64,000 bases of DNA from Myxococcota bacterium (GTDB lineage Bacteria; Myxococcota_A; UBA796; CAJQPC01). The translations under genes were made by a program, and so were the position numbers. Each line of letters opens with the position of its first letter. Position 1 is the stretch's first letter. The notes under the pieces were generated by a model. The model made no database searches. It saw only the letters and a list, made by a program, of their open reading frames with translations, and was not told the origin of the DNA. Location of the stretch: NCBI GenBank assembly GCA_036229005.1, contig JAZAMN010000047.1:21339-85338 (forward strand), given 5' to 3'. Shown here one piece after another: positions 20,340 through 30,642 of the stretch.

Positions 20340-21784
20340 GGGGCGTCCTCTTGGGCCGGGACCTCCAGCGAGCGCAGAACCCGGCTCAGGGTGCGGCCCA
20401 GGCGGGTCTGCTCGCGGATCATGGGGACCAGCGGCCAGACGGCCCGCTCGCCCTGGTGGATGAAGTGGGCCAGGTCCTGGGGGGTGGGGTTGGCCACCAC
20501 CTTGCGGTACAGGCTCCACGAGAAGGGCGGGTGGATGTCGATGTCGCCCCGGTAATCCTGGGACACCAGCCCGTAGGCCCGGTCTGCGAGCTGGGAGGCC
20601 GTCCCCCGCGCAGAGGTCGCCCGGCGCGCCAGATCCGCGGCGTGGGCTGCTTGAGTGCGCGCCGTCGAGCCCACCAGCCCGGCCAGAGTGGGGGCGAAGC
20701 CGCGCTGTCCGTGGTGGCGGACCAGGGGCATCACGTGGGGGTTGGTCTGGCTGACGATGAAGTGGTTCACGTTGTGCAGCCGGGCCAGACGCTGCTTGGG
20801 CAGATCGCCGTGCAGGCTGCCGTCCACCCAGAGCTCGCCGTCCATGTAGGCGCGCTCGCTGCCGTCGGGGTTCTTGGCCCGGAGCTGAACGGGCGGGAAG
20901 AGCGCGGGTAGCGCGGAGCTGGCCAGCGCGGCAGACGCGATGGTGACCTCGGGGCAGGTCAGAGCCGTCAGCAGGCGCGGGCGCTGCCGGGCCCGGAAGG
21001 GTGAGACCGAGATGTTCAGGATTCTCCCGCTGCGCTCCTGGGCCTGCTGGAAGGTCCACTCCCCGCAGTTGTGGCGGAGCACGGCCTCGAGCTGCGCGGG
21101 GTCCAGCCAGGCGCCGTCCTGGAGGGCCCGCCGAATCCCCACCGGCATCAGGCCGTCCAGGCGGATGGAGTCGGGGTGCGCGTACATGAGCGCGAGCTCG
21201 GAGTCGCTGCGGGAGCACACGCCGGCGGCGATCATGGCCCCCGTGCTCGCCCCGCTGAGGATGTGGGGGAGCAGCTCCAGCTCAAAGAGCGCCTTGACCA
21301 CGCCCAGGTGGTGGAAGCCCCATGTGGCCCCACCGGAGAGCAGCAGCGCGCTGCGTCCGAACACCTGCACGCCTTGCTTGAAGCGTTCGTGGGCCTGGGC
21401 GCGGGGGAGCTGATCGCCGGGGACCTGGGCCAGCCACTGCAGGGAGGCCTCGACCTCGTCCTGGTAGCGGACCAGCAGGCGCTTTGGGCCGGACAGGGCG
21501 CCGCTGTAGTGTTCCGGGGCGCGGACCTCGCCCAGGTGGCGGGAGATCGCCTCGGTGACCGCGCGGACCAGCTCCAGGGCCCGCCCCTCGCTGCGGAGCG
21601 TGGCCATGGTCCGGATGGACTGGCGCAGGGCCAGGGCCTCGTCGGCGTCGTCGGGATCGGCGTCCTGCCACTCGGCCCCGCCGGTGAGCTGATCGTAGGC
21701 CTGGGCGGCCTCCAGCCAGTCCAGGTAGCTCTGGGCGTGCTCCAAGGCGGAGATCGCGGCGCGGAGCTTTCGGGGACGCAACAT
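20336..21784 (-). CDS. patatin-like lipase with DUF3336-like N-terminus (TGL/SDP1-like)
   Basis: LLLSGGATWG, GASTG, ASSALP..F, WVDGS, VNHFIVSQTNPH. Confidence 0.9.
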   Translation of the reverse strand: MLRPRKLRAAISALEHAQSYLDWLEAAQAYDQLTGGAEWQDADPDDADEALALRQSIRTMATLRSEGRALELVRAVTEAISRHLGEVRAPEHYSGALSGPKRLLVRYQDEVEASLQWLAQVPGDQLPRAQAHERFKQGVQVFGRSALLLSGGATWGFHHLGVVKALFELELLPHILSGASTGAMIAAGVCSRSDSELALMYAHPDSIRLDGLMPVGIRRALQDGAWLDPAQLEAVLRHNCGEWTFQQAQERSGRILNISVSPFRARQRPRLLTALTCPEVTIASAALASSALPALFPPVQLRAKNPDGSERAYMDGELWVDGSLHGDLPKQRLARLHNVNHFIVSQTNPHVMPLVRHHGQRGFAPTLAGLVGSTARTQAAHAADLARRATSARGTASQLADRAYGLVSQDYRGDIDIHPPFSWSLYRKVVANPTPQDLAHFIHQGERAVWPLVPMIREQTRLGRTLSRVLRSLEVPAQEDAP

Positions 21785-21826
21785 GCACCAGCAATATCGC
21801 GCTGGGGGCCCGTGTACCCTTGGACC

Positions 21827-22471
21827 ATGCTCACCTTGCTCCTGCTGCTGGCCTGCAGCGACCCGGCGCCGCCAACCCACACCGTCGTTCGGGGGGACAC
21901 CCTCTCCAAGCTGGCGGCCACCCACGGGGTGAGCGTCGCGCAGCTCAAGGAGTGGAACGGTCTCTCCAGCGACCGCATCGACGTCGGTCAGGTGCTGGTC
22001 GTGGGGGAGGGGAGCGCGGAGCCTGTGGCGGCGGTGCCCAGTCGCTCCTCGTCGGCGCCCAGAGGTGTCTCCAAGCCCCGGAGCGCCCCGAAGGTCCAGA
22101 GCGGTGGGCGCACCCTGCCCCCGGAGAAGCCCTGCATCCCTCTCCCCACTGACGCGGAGATCCAGGGGATGGAGGCGGGCTTTTCAGGAGCGGCTGGGTT
22201 GTCGCGCGCGCAGGTCAAGTCCACCATGGACGCTGCGCTCCCCGGTCTCTCTGTGTGCATCGAGGGACCCTGGCCCGAAGGCGAGGCCACCCTGGAGATC
22301 ACCGCTGGCTGCAATGGCCGGGTGTCCGCCGTGCGGGTCGTGGATTCGGGGACGCTGGAGCCTGCGCTGCTGGAGTGCATCCAGCAAGAGCTGCGATTTG
22401 TTGGCTTTCCAGCCCACGATCTTCCCGATGGGGAGCGCTTTGTCTACCCCATCCAGTTCTCGGGCGGGTGA
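21827..22471 (+). CDS. LysM-domain lipoprotein with C-terminal TonB-C/AgmX-like domain
   Basis: [35 protein letters not shown]...I.VGQ.L; C-terminal FPA...FVYPIQF. Confidence 0.85.
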   Translation: MLTLLLLLACSDPAPPTHTVVRGDTLSKLAATHGVSVAQLKEWNGLSSDRIDVGQVLVVGEGSAEPVAAVPSRSSSAPRGVSKPRSAPKVQSGGRTLPPEKPCIPLPTDAEIQGMEAGFSGAAGLSRAQVKSTMDAALPGLSVCIEGPWPEGEATLEITAGCNGRVSAVRVVDSGTLEPALLECIQQELRFVGFPAHDLPDGERFVYPIQFSGG

Positions 22472-22586
22472 GCGCTGCGAGAAGGGGGCGATCGTTTCCG
22501 CACGGACGTGCTACGTGCCCTATGCCACGCGGGTGCGCCATGGTTGGTGTCCCCGATTGACGCAAGATCCAAGACGAGGGTTGAGC

Positions 22587-23834
22587 ATGAAGATCCACGA
22601 GTACCAGGCCAAGCAGATCCTGGCCCGCCACGGTGTGGCGGTCCTGGATGGTGTAGTGGCCGAGACCGCGGACGAGGCCGCTGCCGCCGCTGAGAAGCTG
22701 GGCGGGCCGGTCGTCGTCGTCAAGTCCCAGGTCCACGCAGGTGGACGCGGCAAGGGCCGCTTCAAGGGCGATGTGAGCGAGGCCGACCTGCAGCAGGTCC
22801 TGGCCGGCGCGGAGGAGGTCCCCGGAAAGGGCGGCGTCCGCGTGGTCAAGGGCGCTGACGGTGCCAAGACCGCCGCCGCTGACATGCTGGGCAAGACCCT
22901 GGTCACCAAGCAGACCGGGATCGAGGGCTCCGTGGTCAACAAGGTCTACGTGGAGTCCGGCTGCGACATCGCCCGCGAGCTCTACCTGGGCGTCCTGCTG
23001 GACCGCGAGGTCGGCAAGATCGTGGTGATGGCCTCCGTCGAGGGCGGCACCGAGATCGAGGAGGTCGCCGAGCACAACCCCGACGCCATCCTCAAGGTGC
23101 ACGCCGACCCCATCACGGGTCTGGGCGCCTGGCAGGCCCGCGAGCTGGCCTTCGGCCTCGGCCTGACCGGCGCGGCCTTCAAGAGCGGCGTGAAGTTCAT
23201 CATGAAGCTCTACGCCGCCTTCATGGCCGAAGACTGCGCCATGGCGGAGATCAACCCCCTGGTCGTGACCGGTGACGGTCAGGTCGTCGCGCTGGACTGC
23301 AAGATGTCCTTCGACGACAACGCCCTGTACCGCCACAAGGACACCGTGGCGATGCGCGACCTGGCCGAGGAGGAGCCCTCCGAGATCGAGGCCGGCAAGT
23401 ACGACCTGAGCTTCGTGAAGCTCGACGGCAACATCGGCTGCATGGTCAACGGCGCTGGCCTGGCCATGGCCACCATGGACATCATCAAGTTCTACGGCTC
23501 CGAGCCCGCGAACTTCCTGGACGTGGGCGGCGGCGCCAACGAGGAGAAGGTCACCGCGGCCTTCAAGATCATCACCGCCGACCCCGCGGTCGAGGGCATC
23601 CTGGTCAACATCTTCGGCGGCATCATGAAGTGTGATGTCATCGCCGCGGGTGTCCTGGCCGCCGTCAAGCAGGTGGGCCTGAAGGTCCCCCTGGTCGTGC
23701 GCCTGGCCGGAACCAACGTGGAGGAGGGCAAGAAGCTGCTGGCCGACAGCGGCCTGGCCGTCATCCCCGCCGACTCGATGGCCGACGCCGCCGAGAAGAT
23801 CGTCAACGCCGTCAACGCTGCAAAGGGGGCCTGA
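22587..23834 (+). CDS. sucC: succinyl-CoA synthetase beta subunit
   Basis: [46 protein letters not shown]. Confidence 0.98.
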   Translation: MKIHEYQAKQILARHGVAVLDGVVAETADEAAAAAEKLGGPVVVVKSQVHAGGRGKGRFKGDVSEADLQQVLAGAEEVPGKGGVRVVKGADGAKTAAADMLGKTLVTKQTGIEGSVVNKVYVESGCDIARELYLGVLLDREVGKIVVMASVEGGTEIEEVAEHNPDAILKVHADPITGLGAWQARELAFGLGLTGAAFKSGVKFIMKLYAAFMAEDCAMAEINPLVVTGDGQVVALDCKMSFDDNALYRHKDTVAMRDLAEEEPSEIEAGKYDLSFVKLDGNIGCMVNGAGLAMATMDIIKFYGSEPANFLDVGGGANEEKVTAAFKIITADPAVEGILVNIFGGIMKCDVIAAGVLAAVKQVGLKVPLVVRLAGTNVEEGKKLLADSGLAVIPADSMADAAEKIVNAVNAAKGA

Positions 23835-23835
23835 A

Positions 23836-24705
23836 ATGGCTGTTCTCGTCAACTCTGAGACCCGCCTGCTCTGCCAGGGCATCACGGGCTCCGCTGGCAG
23901 CTTCCACTGCGGCCAGATGATGGACTACGGCACCAACCTGGTGGCCGGTGTGACCCCGGGCAAGGGTGGTCAGCGCTTCAACAGCAGCGTGCCCATCTTC
24001 GACACGGTGAAGCAGGCGGTGAAGGAGACCGGCGCCAACGCCTCGGTCATCTTCGTGCCGCCCCCCTTCGCCGCGGACGCCATCCTGGAGGCCATCGACG
24101 CCGGCATCGAGCTGGTGATCCCCATTACCGAGGGCATCCCCGTCAAGGACATGATCCCCGTGAAGGCCTACCTCGAGGCCTCCGGTGCTCGGATGATCGG
24201 CCCCAACTGCCCCGGTGTCATCACCCCCGGTCAGTGCAAGATCGGCATCATGCCCGGTCACATCCACACCCCCGGTCGCATCGGCGTGGTCAGCCGCTCC
24301 GGCACCCTGACCTACGAGGCCGTCGGTCAGCTCTCCGCGCTGGGCCTGGGCCAGTCCACCTGCATCGGCATCGGTGGTGACCCCATCATCGGCACCAAGC
24401 ACATCGACGCCCTCAAGCTCTTCAACGACGACCCCGACACCGACGTCATCGTGATGATCGGCGAGATCGGCGGCACCGCCGAGGAGGAGGCCGCTGCCTG
24501 GGCCAAGGACAACTGCGACAAGCCCATCGTTGGCTTCATCGCGGGCGCCACGGCACCTCCGGGCCGCCGCATGGGCCACGCTGGCGCCATCATCTCCGGC
24601 GGCAGCGGCACGGCCGAGGCCAAGTACGCCGCGATGGAGGAGGCTGGCTTCCACCTGAGCCGCTCCCCCGCCGAGATGGGCAAGGTCGTGGCCGGCCTGC
24701 TCTGA
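23836..24705 (+). CDS. sucD: succinyl-CoA synthetase alpha subunit
   Basis: [36 protein letters not shown]. Confidence 0.98.
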   Translation: MAVLVNSETRLLCQGITGSAGSFHCGQMMDYGTNLVAGVTPGKGGQRFNSSVPIFDTVKQAVKETGANASVIFVPPPFAADAILEAIDAGIELVIPITEGIPVKDMIPVKAYLEASGARMIGPNCPGVITPGQCKIGIMPGHIHTPGRIGVVSRSGTLTYEAVGQLSALGLGQSTCIGIGGDPIIGTKHIDALKLFNDDPDTDVIVMIGEIGGTAEEEAAAWAKDNCDKPIVGFIAGATAPPGRRMGHAGAIISGGSGTAEAKYAAMEEAGFHLSRSPAEMGKVVAGLL

Positions 24706-24726
24706 GAGCGGTCTGGTCGTGATTGA

Positions 24727-24763
24727 GCGGGCCTCCCGGAGACGGGGGGCCCGTTTTGGTTTT
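24727..24763 (+). terminator. intrinsic terminator after sucD
   Basis: GCGGGCCTCCCG-GAGA-CGGGGGGCCCGT followed by TTTGGTTTT. Confidence 0.8.
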
Positions 24764-24893
24764 GGGGGGCGGAGGGGCTGGTTCTGCTGGGGCACGGTCT
24801 CCTCAACTCCGGGGAATCTGCGCCCTTGGGGCTGTAGGGGGCTGGTGGTGCCTGCGAGGTGCGGCTTGGCCTGAGTATGCGTCGGGCGCCTCT

Positions 24894-26415
24894 CCAGGTC
24901 CGGGTCGAGAGGAGACGGCGTCGGTGGTGGCTCTCCGTAGAGAGCGGCGTTCCAGGTTCGGGTTGAGAGGAGACGGCGTCGGGGGTGACTCTCCGTAGAG
25001 AGCGGCGTTCCAGGTTCGGGTTGAGAGGAGACGGCGTCGGTGGTGACTCGCGGTAGACAGCGGCGTCCCGGGTCCGAGCGCCGTCTGTCTTTTCTGAAGG
25101 GGGCAAGCCCCCTTCGGCAGCGGAGCTGCCTGACCCATGTCGATTCACAGGACGCGCCCGAAGGGTCGTCCTTGAATCTGACCGGGGGACCCCCTACGAC
25201 CCCCACGGAGGCTGCGCCTCCATGGGCGCTTTCGCCGAGCCCTTCGCCCGGCACGCCGGGCTTGGTCCGCGCCGGTCCCCCAATTGCGAAACCAGACTCG
25301 GACTGATCGCGGGATGAATCCCGCGGTCCGGTCAGGTTTGCGCAAGCCCCCCTCGGCGTCGGGTCGCAGGACGACCTGCACTCCGCGCTGTTTGGGTGAA
25401 GGGCTGCAAGCAGCCCCAAGCCTGCGGCTTGCCCAAACAACGTGAAGAGCAGCCCATCGGGCCGACACGCTCCATGGTTGTGGGAGCCGGGTCCGAGCGG
25501 GGGTGAGGCACTTCCCGGTTCGGGTCGAGAGGAGACGGCGTCAATGGTGACTCGCCGTAGACAGCGCCGTCCCTGGTCCGGGTCGAGAGGAGACGGCGTC
25601 GGTGGTGACTCTCCGTAGAGAGCGGCGTCCCGGGTCCGAGCGCCGTCTGTCATTTCTGAAGGGGGCAAGCCCCCTTCGGCAGCGGAGCTGCCTGACCCAT
25701 GTCGATTCACAGGACGCGCCCAAAGGGTCGTCCTTGAATCTGACCGGGGGACCCCCTACGACCCCCACGGAGGCTGCGCCTCCATGGGCGCTTTCGCCGA
25801 GCCCTTCGCCCGGCACGCCGGGCTTGGTCCGCGCCGGTCCCCCAGTTGCGAAACCAGACTCGGACTCTCGCGGGATGAATCCTGCGGTCCGGTCAGGTTT
25901 GCGCACGCACCAAGGCGGTCCGGAGGACGGCCGCAGGGGGCGGCGAAAGCCTCCAAGCGACCGGCGGTTCGCTTGGAGGACGTAGGGCCCTCCCGGCGTC
26001 GGGGCCGAGCGGAAACGGCGTCGGTGGTGACTCAGGGGCCGAGCCGGGGCGGGTCGAGGGGAGACGGTGTCAATGGTGACTCGCCGTAGACAGCGGCGTC
26101 CCGGGTCCGAGCGCCGCCTGTCTTTTCTGAAGGGGGCAAGCCCCCTTCGGCAGCGGAGCTGCCTGACCCCCGGGGGACCCTCGCCGGTCCCCCAGTTGCG
26201 AAACCAGACTCGGACTGATCGCGGGATGAATCCCGCGGTCCGGTCAGGTTTGCGCAAGTCCCCCTTGGCGTCGGGTCGCAGAGCGACCTGCACTCCGCGC
26301 TGTTTGGGTGAAGGGCTGCAAGCAGCCCCAAGCCTGCGGCTTGCCCAAACAACGCGAAGAGCAGCCCATCGGGCCGACACGCTCCATGGTCGTGGGAGCC
26401 GGGTCCGAGCGGGGG
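24894..26415. repeat. modular, hairpin-rich non-coding repeat mosaic
   Basis: 58-bp unit at 24901, 24959, 25017, 25521, 25579, 26050; larger blocks repeated 2-3 times (period 562 between 25081 and 25643). Confidence 0.9.
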
Positions 26416-26423
26416 CCCAGAGT

Positions 26424-26459
26424 CAAAGAGGGCGTGACCCCGAAGGATCACGCCCTCTC
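26424..26459 (-). terminator. intrinsic terminator after ndk
   Basis: Minus strand AGAGGGCGTGATCC-TTCG-GGGTCACGCCCTCT-TT with a UUCG loop. Confidence 0.75.
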
Positions 26460-26532
26460 TCTCCTCAAAGGAGCGAATCGACTTCAGTCAGATCCGAGCA
26501 GGCCACCTTCGGTGCCCTACTGCGAATCGACT

Positions 26533-26946
26533 TCAGTGCAGCTCAGTCGCAGCAAAGAAGTACGCGATCTCCTGAGCAGCGGTCTCGGGAGCGTCCGAGC
26601 CGTGCACAGCGTTCTCGCCGATGGAGTCGGCGTAGAGCTTGCGGAGGGTGCCCTCGGCGGCCTCGGCGGGGTTGGTGGCGCCCATGATCTCGCGGTTGCG
26701 CTTGATGGCGTTCTCACCCTCGAGCACCATGACGACGCAGGGGCCGCTGGACATGAAGTCGGTCAGCTCGCCAAAGAAGGGGCGCTCGCTGTGCACAGCG
26801 TAGAAGCCCTCGGCGACGCGCTTGCTCATGTGGATCTTCTTCATCGCGACGATGCGGAGACCCTCCTCTTCGAAGCGAGCGATGATCTTGCCGATCACGC
26901 CCTTGGCGGTGGCGTCGGGCTTGATGATGGAGAAGGTGCGCTCCAT
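26533..26946 (-). CDS. ndk: nucleoside diphosphate kinase
   Basis: [35 protein letters not shown]. Confidence 0.98.
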   Translation of the reverse strand: MERTFSIIKPDATAKGVIGKIIARFEEEGLRIVAMKKIHMSKRVAEGFYAVHSERPFFGELTDFMSSGPCVVMVLEGENAIKRNREIMGATNPAEAAEGTLRKLYADSIGENAVHGSDAPETAAQEIAYFFAATELH

Positions 26947-27087
26947 GGCGAACTCCTGCAGTGTGGGGTTTGGGCGGCCCCACTAACCCCGGGCTCCCGG
27001 CCGGCAAGTGACGGAATCGGGCCGCGCACAGGGCCTTGACCGCACCCCCGCGGGGGCGGGGCTCTATACTCCCGGAACGGAGGCTTC

Positions 27088-27873
27088 ATGGCTGGCGTGC
27101 GCGACGAGTACCACTTCTCGATGTCCATCGGAAAGGGCCTGTTCACCGAGCTGCTGACGGCCGCGCTGCCCTACAAGATCCAGAGCGGACGCTTCCACCT
27201 GACCGACAACCTGCGCAGCGCCGCGCGCCAGCTCCAGGTCAAGCAGAAGGTCGCCGGCCTACTCGAAGGCCCAGAAGGCTCCGCGCTGGTCCGGGTCAAG
27301 GACCGCGCCGCCAGCGTCTGGCACAACCGCCGCGATCAGGTCTACGACACCCTGGACAAGGTCCTGCGGGTCGAGGGCGACTGGGAGGTCCTGCTCGACG
27401 CCGACGGCTCCGAGTTCACCTACGGCGAGCAGGAGATCGGCGCCGAGGCCTACTTCAAGGCCGTGGCCACCGGAAAGGCCGTGCTGCTGGGCGAGAACCT
27501 GGAGCTGCCCTTCCGCCTGGAGAAGCGCGTCGGCGCCGAGGTCCACCTGGGCGGCATCCACTACGACAACCACAAGCAGGAGATCGTCGGCCAGGTCCAG
27601 GGCGTGGGCGTCGACCTGGGCGGGAGCCTGCTCCTCAAGCTGCTCAACGACGTGCTCGGCAAGGTCCTGGAGCAGCAGGCCCAGGAGCGCCTGAACCCCG
27701 TCACGGTGCTCCCCAAGGCGCAGTTGGATGAGCTGGTCGCCGGGGCCGCCACCGCCATCAAGCTCAAGATGGAGGTCTCCGACGTCGCCCTGGAGGTGGG
27801 GGAGGAGATGATGACTCTGAAGGTGCGCTTCGGGTTCACCCAGCTCCAGCTTGAGGACGGCCGCACCCGCTGA
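27088..27873 (+). CDS. hypothetical protein (beta-rich)
   Basis: GGAGG RBS, strong GC3 bias; no motif recognised. Confidence 0.75.
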   Translation: MAGVRDEYHFSMSIGKGLFTELLTAALPYKIQSGRFHLTDNLRSAARQLQVKQKVAGLLEGPEGSALVRVKDRAASVWHNRRDQVYDTLDKVLRVEGDWEVLLDADGSEFTYGEQEIGAEAYFKAVATGKAVLLGENLELPFRLEKRVGAEVHLGGIHYDNHKQEIVGQVQGVGVDLGGSLLLKLLNDVLGKVLEQQAQERLNPVTVLPKAQLDELVAGAATAIKLKMEVSDVALEVGEEMMTLKVRFGFTQLQLEDGRTR

Positions 27874-27925
27874 GGGATCCGCCCATCGGCGAGGTCACCG
27901 GCAGGTTGACTCCGTGCTTGGCGAC

Positions 27926-28492
27926 TCAGTGCTTGGCGCTGGGACCCACCCAGTCCTCGAGTAGATCCAGGGAGCGGTCGGCGGGATCCGGGGGCTCCTC
28001 GTTGAAGAACACCAGCGCGGACTCCCGCAGCTCCCGGATCCGCAGCGCGAGCTGGCGCTCGACCACCACGTACTCCGGCTCGCTGTAGCGCTGCTCCAGC
28101 ACCGCGATCGCCATCGCGCCGGCCCGCAGGCCCTGGGCCACCGAGAAGGGGACCCACATGCGCTGGATGTGGAGCCCGTCCAGGCCCACAAAGAAGAAGC
28201 GGGCTGGGCCGCCGCTCAGGCGCAGGTGCCCACCCTGGATGAGGTGGGTCAGGCGGAGCGCCCGGGCGGCCTTCTGCTCCAGCGCGGCGCGGGCCTTGGC
28301 CTCCTGCAGCTTGCGGTCGAGTTCCGCCTGGCGGGCCGCCTCCTGCTCCTGCTGTTCCCGCTGGGCGACCACCTTGGCCTTCTCGCGGGAGGCCTGCTTG
28401 TTCTTCCGGCTCTTCTTGAGCTGGCGGTTCGCGCGCTTGACCTGCTTGCCGGAGACGGCTCCGGACTTGAGCAAGGCGTCACGAAGAGACAT
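27926..28492 (-). CDS. DUF2058-like protein
   Basis: MSLRDALLKSG.V start, basic coiled coil, FFF...I..MWV...L..G..AI pattern. Confidence 0.75.
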   Translation of the reverse strand: MSLRDALLKSGAVSGKQVKRANRQLKKSRKNKQASREKAKVVAQREQQEQEAARQAELDRKLQEAKARAALEQKAARALRLTHLIQGGHLRLSGGPARFFFVGLDGLHIQRMWVPFSVAQGLRAGAMAIAVLEQRYSEPEYVVVERQLALRIRELRESALVFFNEEPPDPADRSLDLLEDWVGPSAKH

Positions 28493-28572
28493 CCGGTCCT
28501 CCAGCTTGGGCGCAGGGATGATAGATAGGGGGGCAGCGGTCGCAGTCCGACCCCGATCCTCCGGTGCAAAGC

Positions 28573-30642
28573 ATGTCCCTATCCCTTCTGCTGGCCCTAT
28601 CTACCGCCTGCCTTCTGCGCACGGCGGAGGACTGGGATCGCGATCAGGACGGCATCGAGCGCTACCGGGACTGCGACGACGACGATCCGCAGGTGGGGGA
28701 GATCTCCTGGTATCTGGACAGCGACGGGGACGGCTTCGGATCGGGGGGCGCCACCCGCGAGTGCAGCGCCCCCGGCGACAACTACGTTCTGGTCGACGGC
28801 GACTGCGACGAGGGGGATGCGCAGATCCATCCGGACTCGGTCGAGGTCTGTGACGGCGTCGACAACGACTGCGACGGGCTGATCGACGATGCGGACGACA
28901 GCCTGGACCTGGACTCCCTGATCGCCTGGTACCCGGACTCCGACGCGGACGGCTTCGGCGACCCCGCGGGGATCCCGGTGGAGCAGTGCGGCAGCCTGGA
29001 TGGCTACGCAGCGAACGCCAGCGACTGCGACGACCTCGACTCCGATGTGAACCCCGATGGGACCGAGGTCTGCGACGAGAACGACCGCGACGAGGACTGC
29101 GACGGCGGGGCCGATGACCTGGACCCGGACGAAGCCGGCGCGCTCGCTGAGGCCAGCATCCTCGGCTGGCTGGATGCCGATGGGGACGGCTTCGGAGTGT
29201 CCAACAGCTTCCAGACCTTCTGCGATGAGGTCCCCAAGGGCTGGTCCGCCGTGGCGACCGACTGCGACGACGGCGACAAGGCGGTGAACCCGGACGCTGT
29301 GGAGGTCTGCTTCGACGAGGTCGACCAGGACTGCGACGGCAGCCTGGCCTGCGTCCTGGACGCGGCGAGCGAAGAGGTCGGCTTGATCTCGGCGGCACCG
29401 GCGGAGACCGGCGCCAGCAACTTCGGGCGCGCCCTGGTCGTCGCCGGAAAGGGCACCGAGGCCCGCGTGGTCGTCGCGGACAACCGCTATGAGTCCACGA
29501 GCGGCGAGGACGCCGGCGCGGTGTTCTTCTTTGACCCCCTGGCCGGCGCCGACCAGCACCTCGTGGACGCCACCCGGGTCGTGCTCGGTCAGGACCGGAA
29601 CGATGAGTTCGGGTACTACCTGGCCATCCAGGAGGGCTACTTCGCCGCCTCGGCCTGGCAGGGCGGAGCCCTCGCGAGCGGGGCGGTCTACCTCTACACC
29701 GCCAGCGGAACCACGGTCATCGTGGGCGAGAAGCTCAACGACGAGTTCGGCGCCAGCATGAGCTTCTCCGCGGGCGCCAGCCCCTGGCTCGCTGTGGGCG
29801 CTCGAGAGGGCGGGCTCTCCCGGGCCGGGACGGTCTACCTCTTCGAGAACAGCACGATCGCCGGCGGCGGCTCCCTGCCCGTGAGCGTCTCTGCGGTCAG
29901 CGGCGCCGAGCTCACCATCGAGGGCGACAGCAACGCCGACCAGATCGGCATGCAGACCCTGCTGCTGGACGGAAACGGCGACGGGGACCCCGAGCTCTTC
30001 GCGGGCTCATTCGCGCCCGATCTGGACGGGATCGCCTCGAACACCGGGGCGGTCTACGTCTTCACGAACGCTCTGCGCCTGAGCGGCTCGCTGAGCGCCA
30101 GCGACGCCGACCTGCAGTGGTCGGGCAAGTCCGGTGAGAAGCTCGGTGGCTACGTGGGCCGGGCAGGGGACATCGACGGCGACGGCCTCCAGGATGTCCT
30201 CGTCTGCGCGCTGGAGGCCACGGATGGTGTGTACACCGAGGCCGGCTTCTGCGGTGTGGGCTTTGGCAGCAGCAAGGCCGATCCCTTCCTCGAGCCCTCG
30301 CTGATCGTCTGGGGAACCCAGAACAGCCTCAAGCTGGGCACCGGTCGCAACTGGACCCCCGGCGCGGACGTCGACGGTGACGGACAGGACGACCTGGTCC
30401 TGGGTGCGCCGGAGATGGACCCGGGCGGCGCGGTCTTTGTCTTCGCGGGGCCCCTGCCGACCTCGGGCACCCTGTCCCTGAACGATGCGCAGGTGCGCGT
30501 CGACTCCGATGAGTCCTCCGAGGGCTTCGGGTTCACCTACGCCGTGGGTGAGATCAACGGCGACGCCTCCCCGGAGCTGGTCGTGGGCTCCTCCGGCTCA
30601 ACGCAGTCGGTCTATGTCTTTTCCCCCAACATGTGGTTCTGA
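28573..30642 (+). CDS. lipoprotein with MopE-related (DCDD...P...EVCDG.DNDC) repeats and FG-GAP/integrin-alpha-like propeller
   Basis: LSTAC lipobox; WYxDxDGDGFG, DCDD repeats; GAVY, DIDGDG, LVLGAP motifs. Confidence 0.88.
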   Translation: MSLSLLLALSTACLLRTAEDWDRDQDGIERYRDCDDDDPQVGEISWYLDSDGDGFGSGGATRECSAPGDNYVLVDGDCDEGDAQIHPDSVEVCDGVDNDCDGLIDDADDSLDLDSLIAWYPDSDADGFGDPAGIPVEQCGSLDGYAANASDCDDLDSDVNPDGTEVCDENDRDEDCDGGADDLDPDEAGALAEASILGWLDADGDGFGVSNSFQTFCDEVPKGWSAVATDCDDGDKAVNPDAVEVCFDEVDQDCDGSLACVLDAASEEVGLISAAPAETGASNFGRALVVAGKGTEARVVVADNRYESTSGEDAGAVFFFDPLAGADQHLVDATRVVLGQDRNDEFGYYLAIQEGYFAASAWQGGALASGAVYLYTASGTTVIVGEKLNDEFGASMSFSAGASPWLAVGAREGGLSRAGTVYLFENSTIAGGGSLPVSVSAVSGAELTIEGDSNADQIGMQTLLLDGNGDGDPELFAGSFAPDLDGIASNTGAVYVFTNALRLSGSLSASDADLQWSGKSGEKLGGYVGRAGDIDGDGLQDVLVCALEATDGVYTEAGFCGVGFGSSKADPFLEPSLIVWGTQNSLKLGTGRNWTPGADVDGDGQDDLVLGAPEMDPGGAVFVFAGPLPTSGTLSLNDAQVRVDSDESSEGFGFTYAVGEINGDASPELVVGSSGSTQSVYVFSPNMWF

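Noticed and set aside
24894..26415. Retron msr-msd, group II intron or DGR
   Set aside because: No reverse transcriptase nearby, no group II domain V motif recognised, and no adenine-specific TR/VR differences between copies
24723..26451. ORFs called inside the sucD-ndk repeat mosaic
   Set aside because: Arg/Pro/Gly-rich translations with no GC3 bias; frames shift between repeat copies
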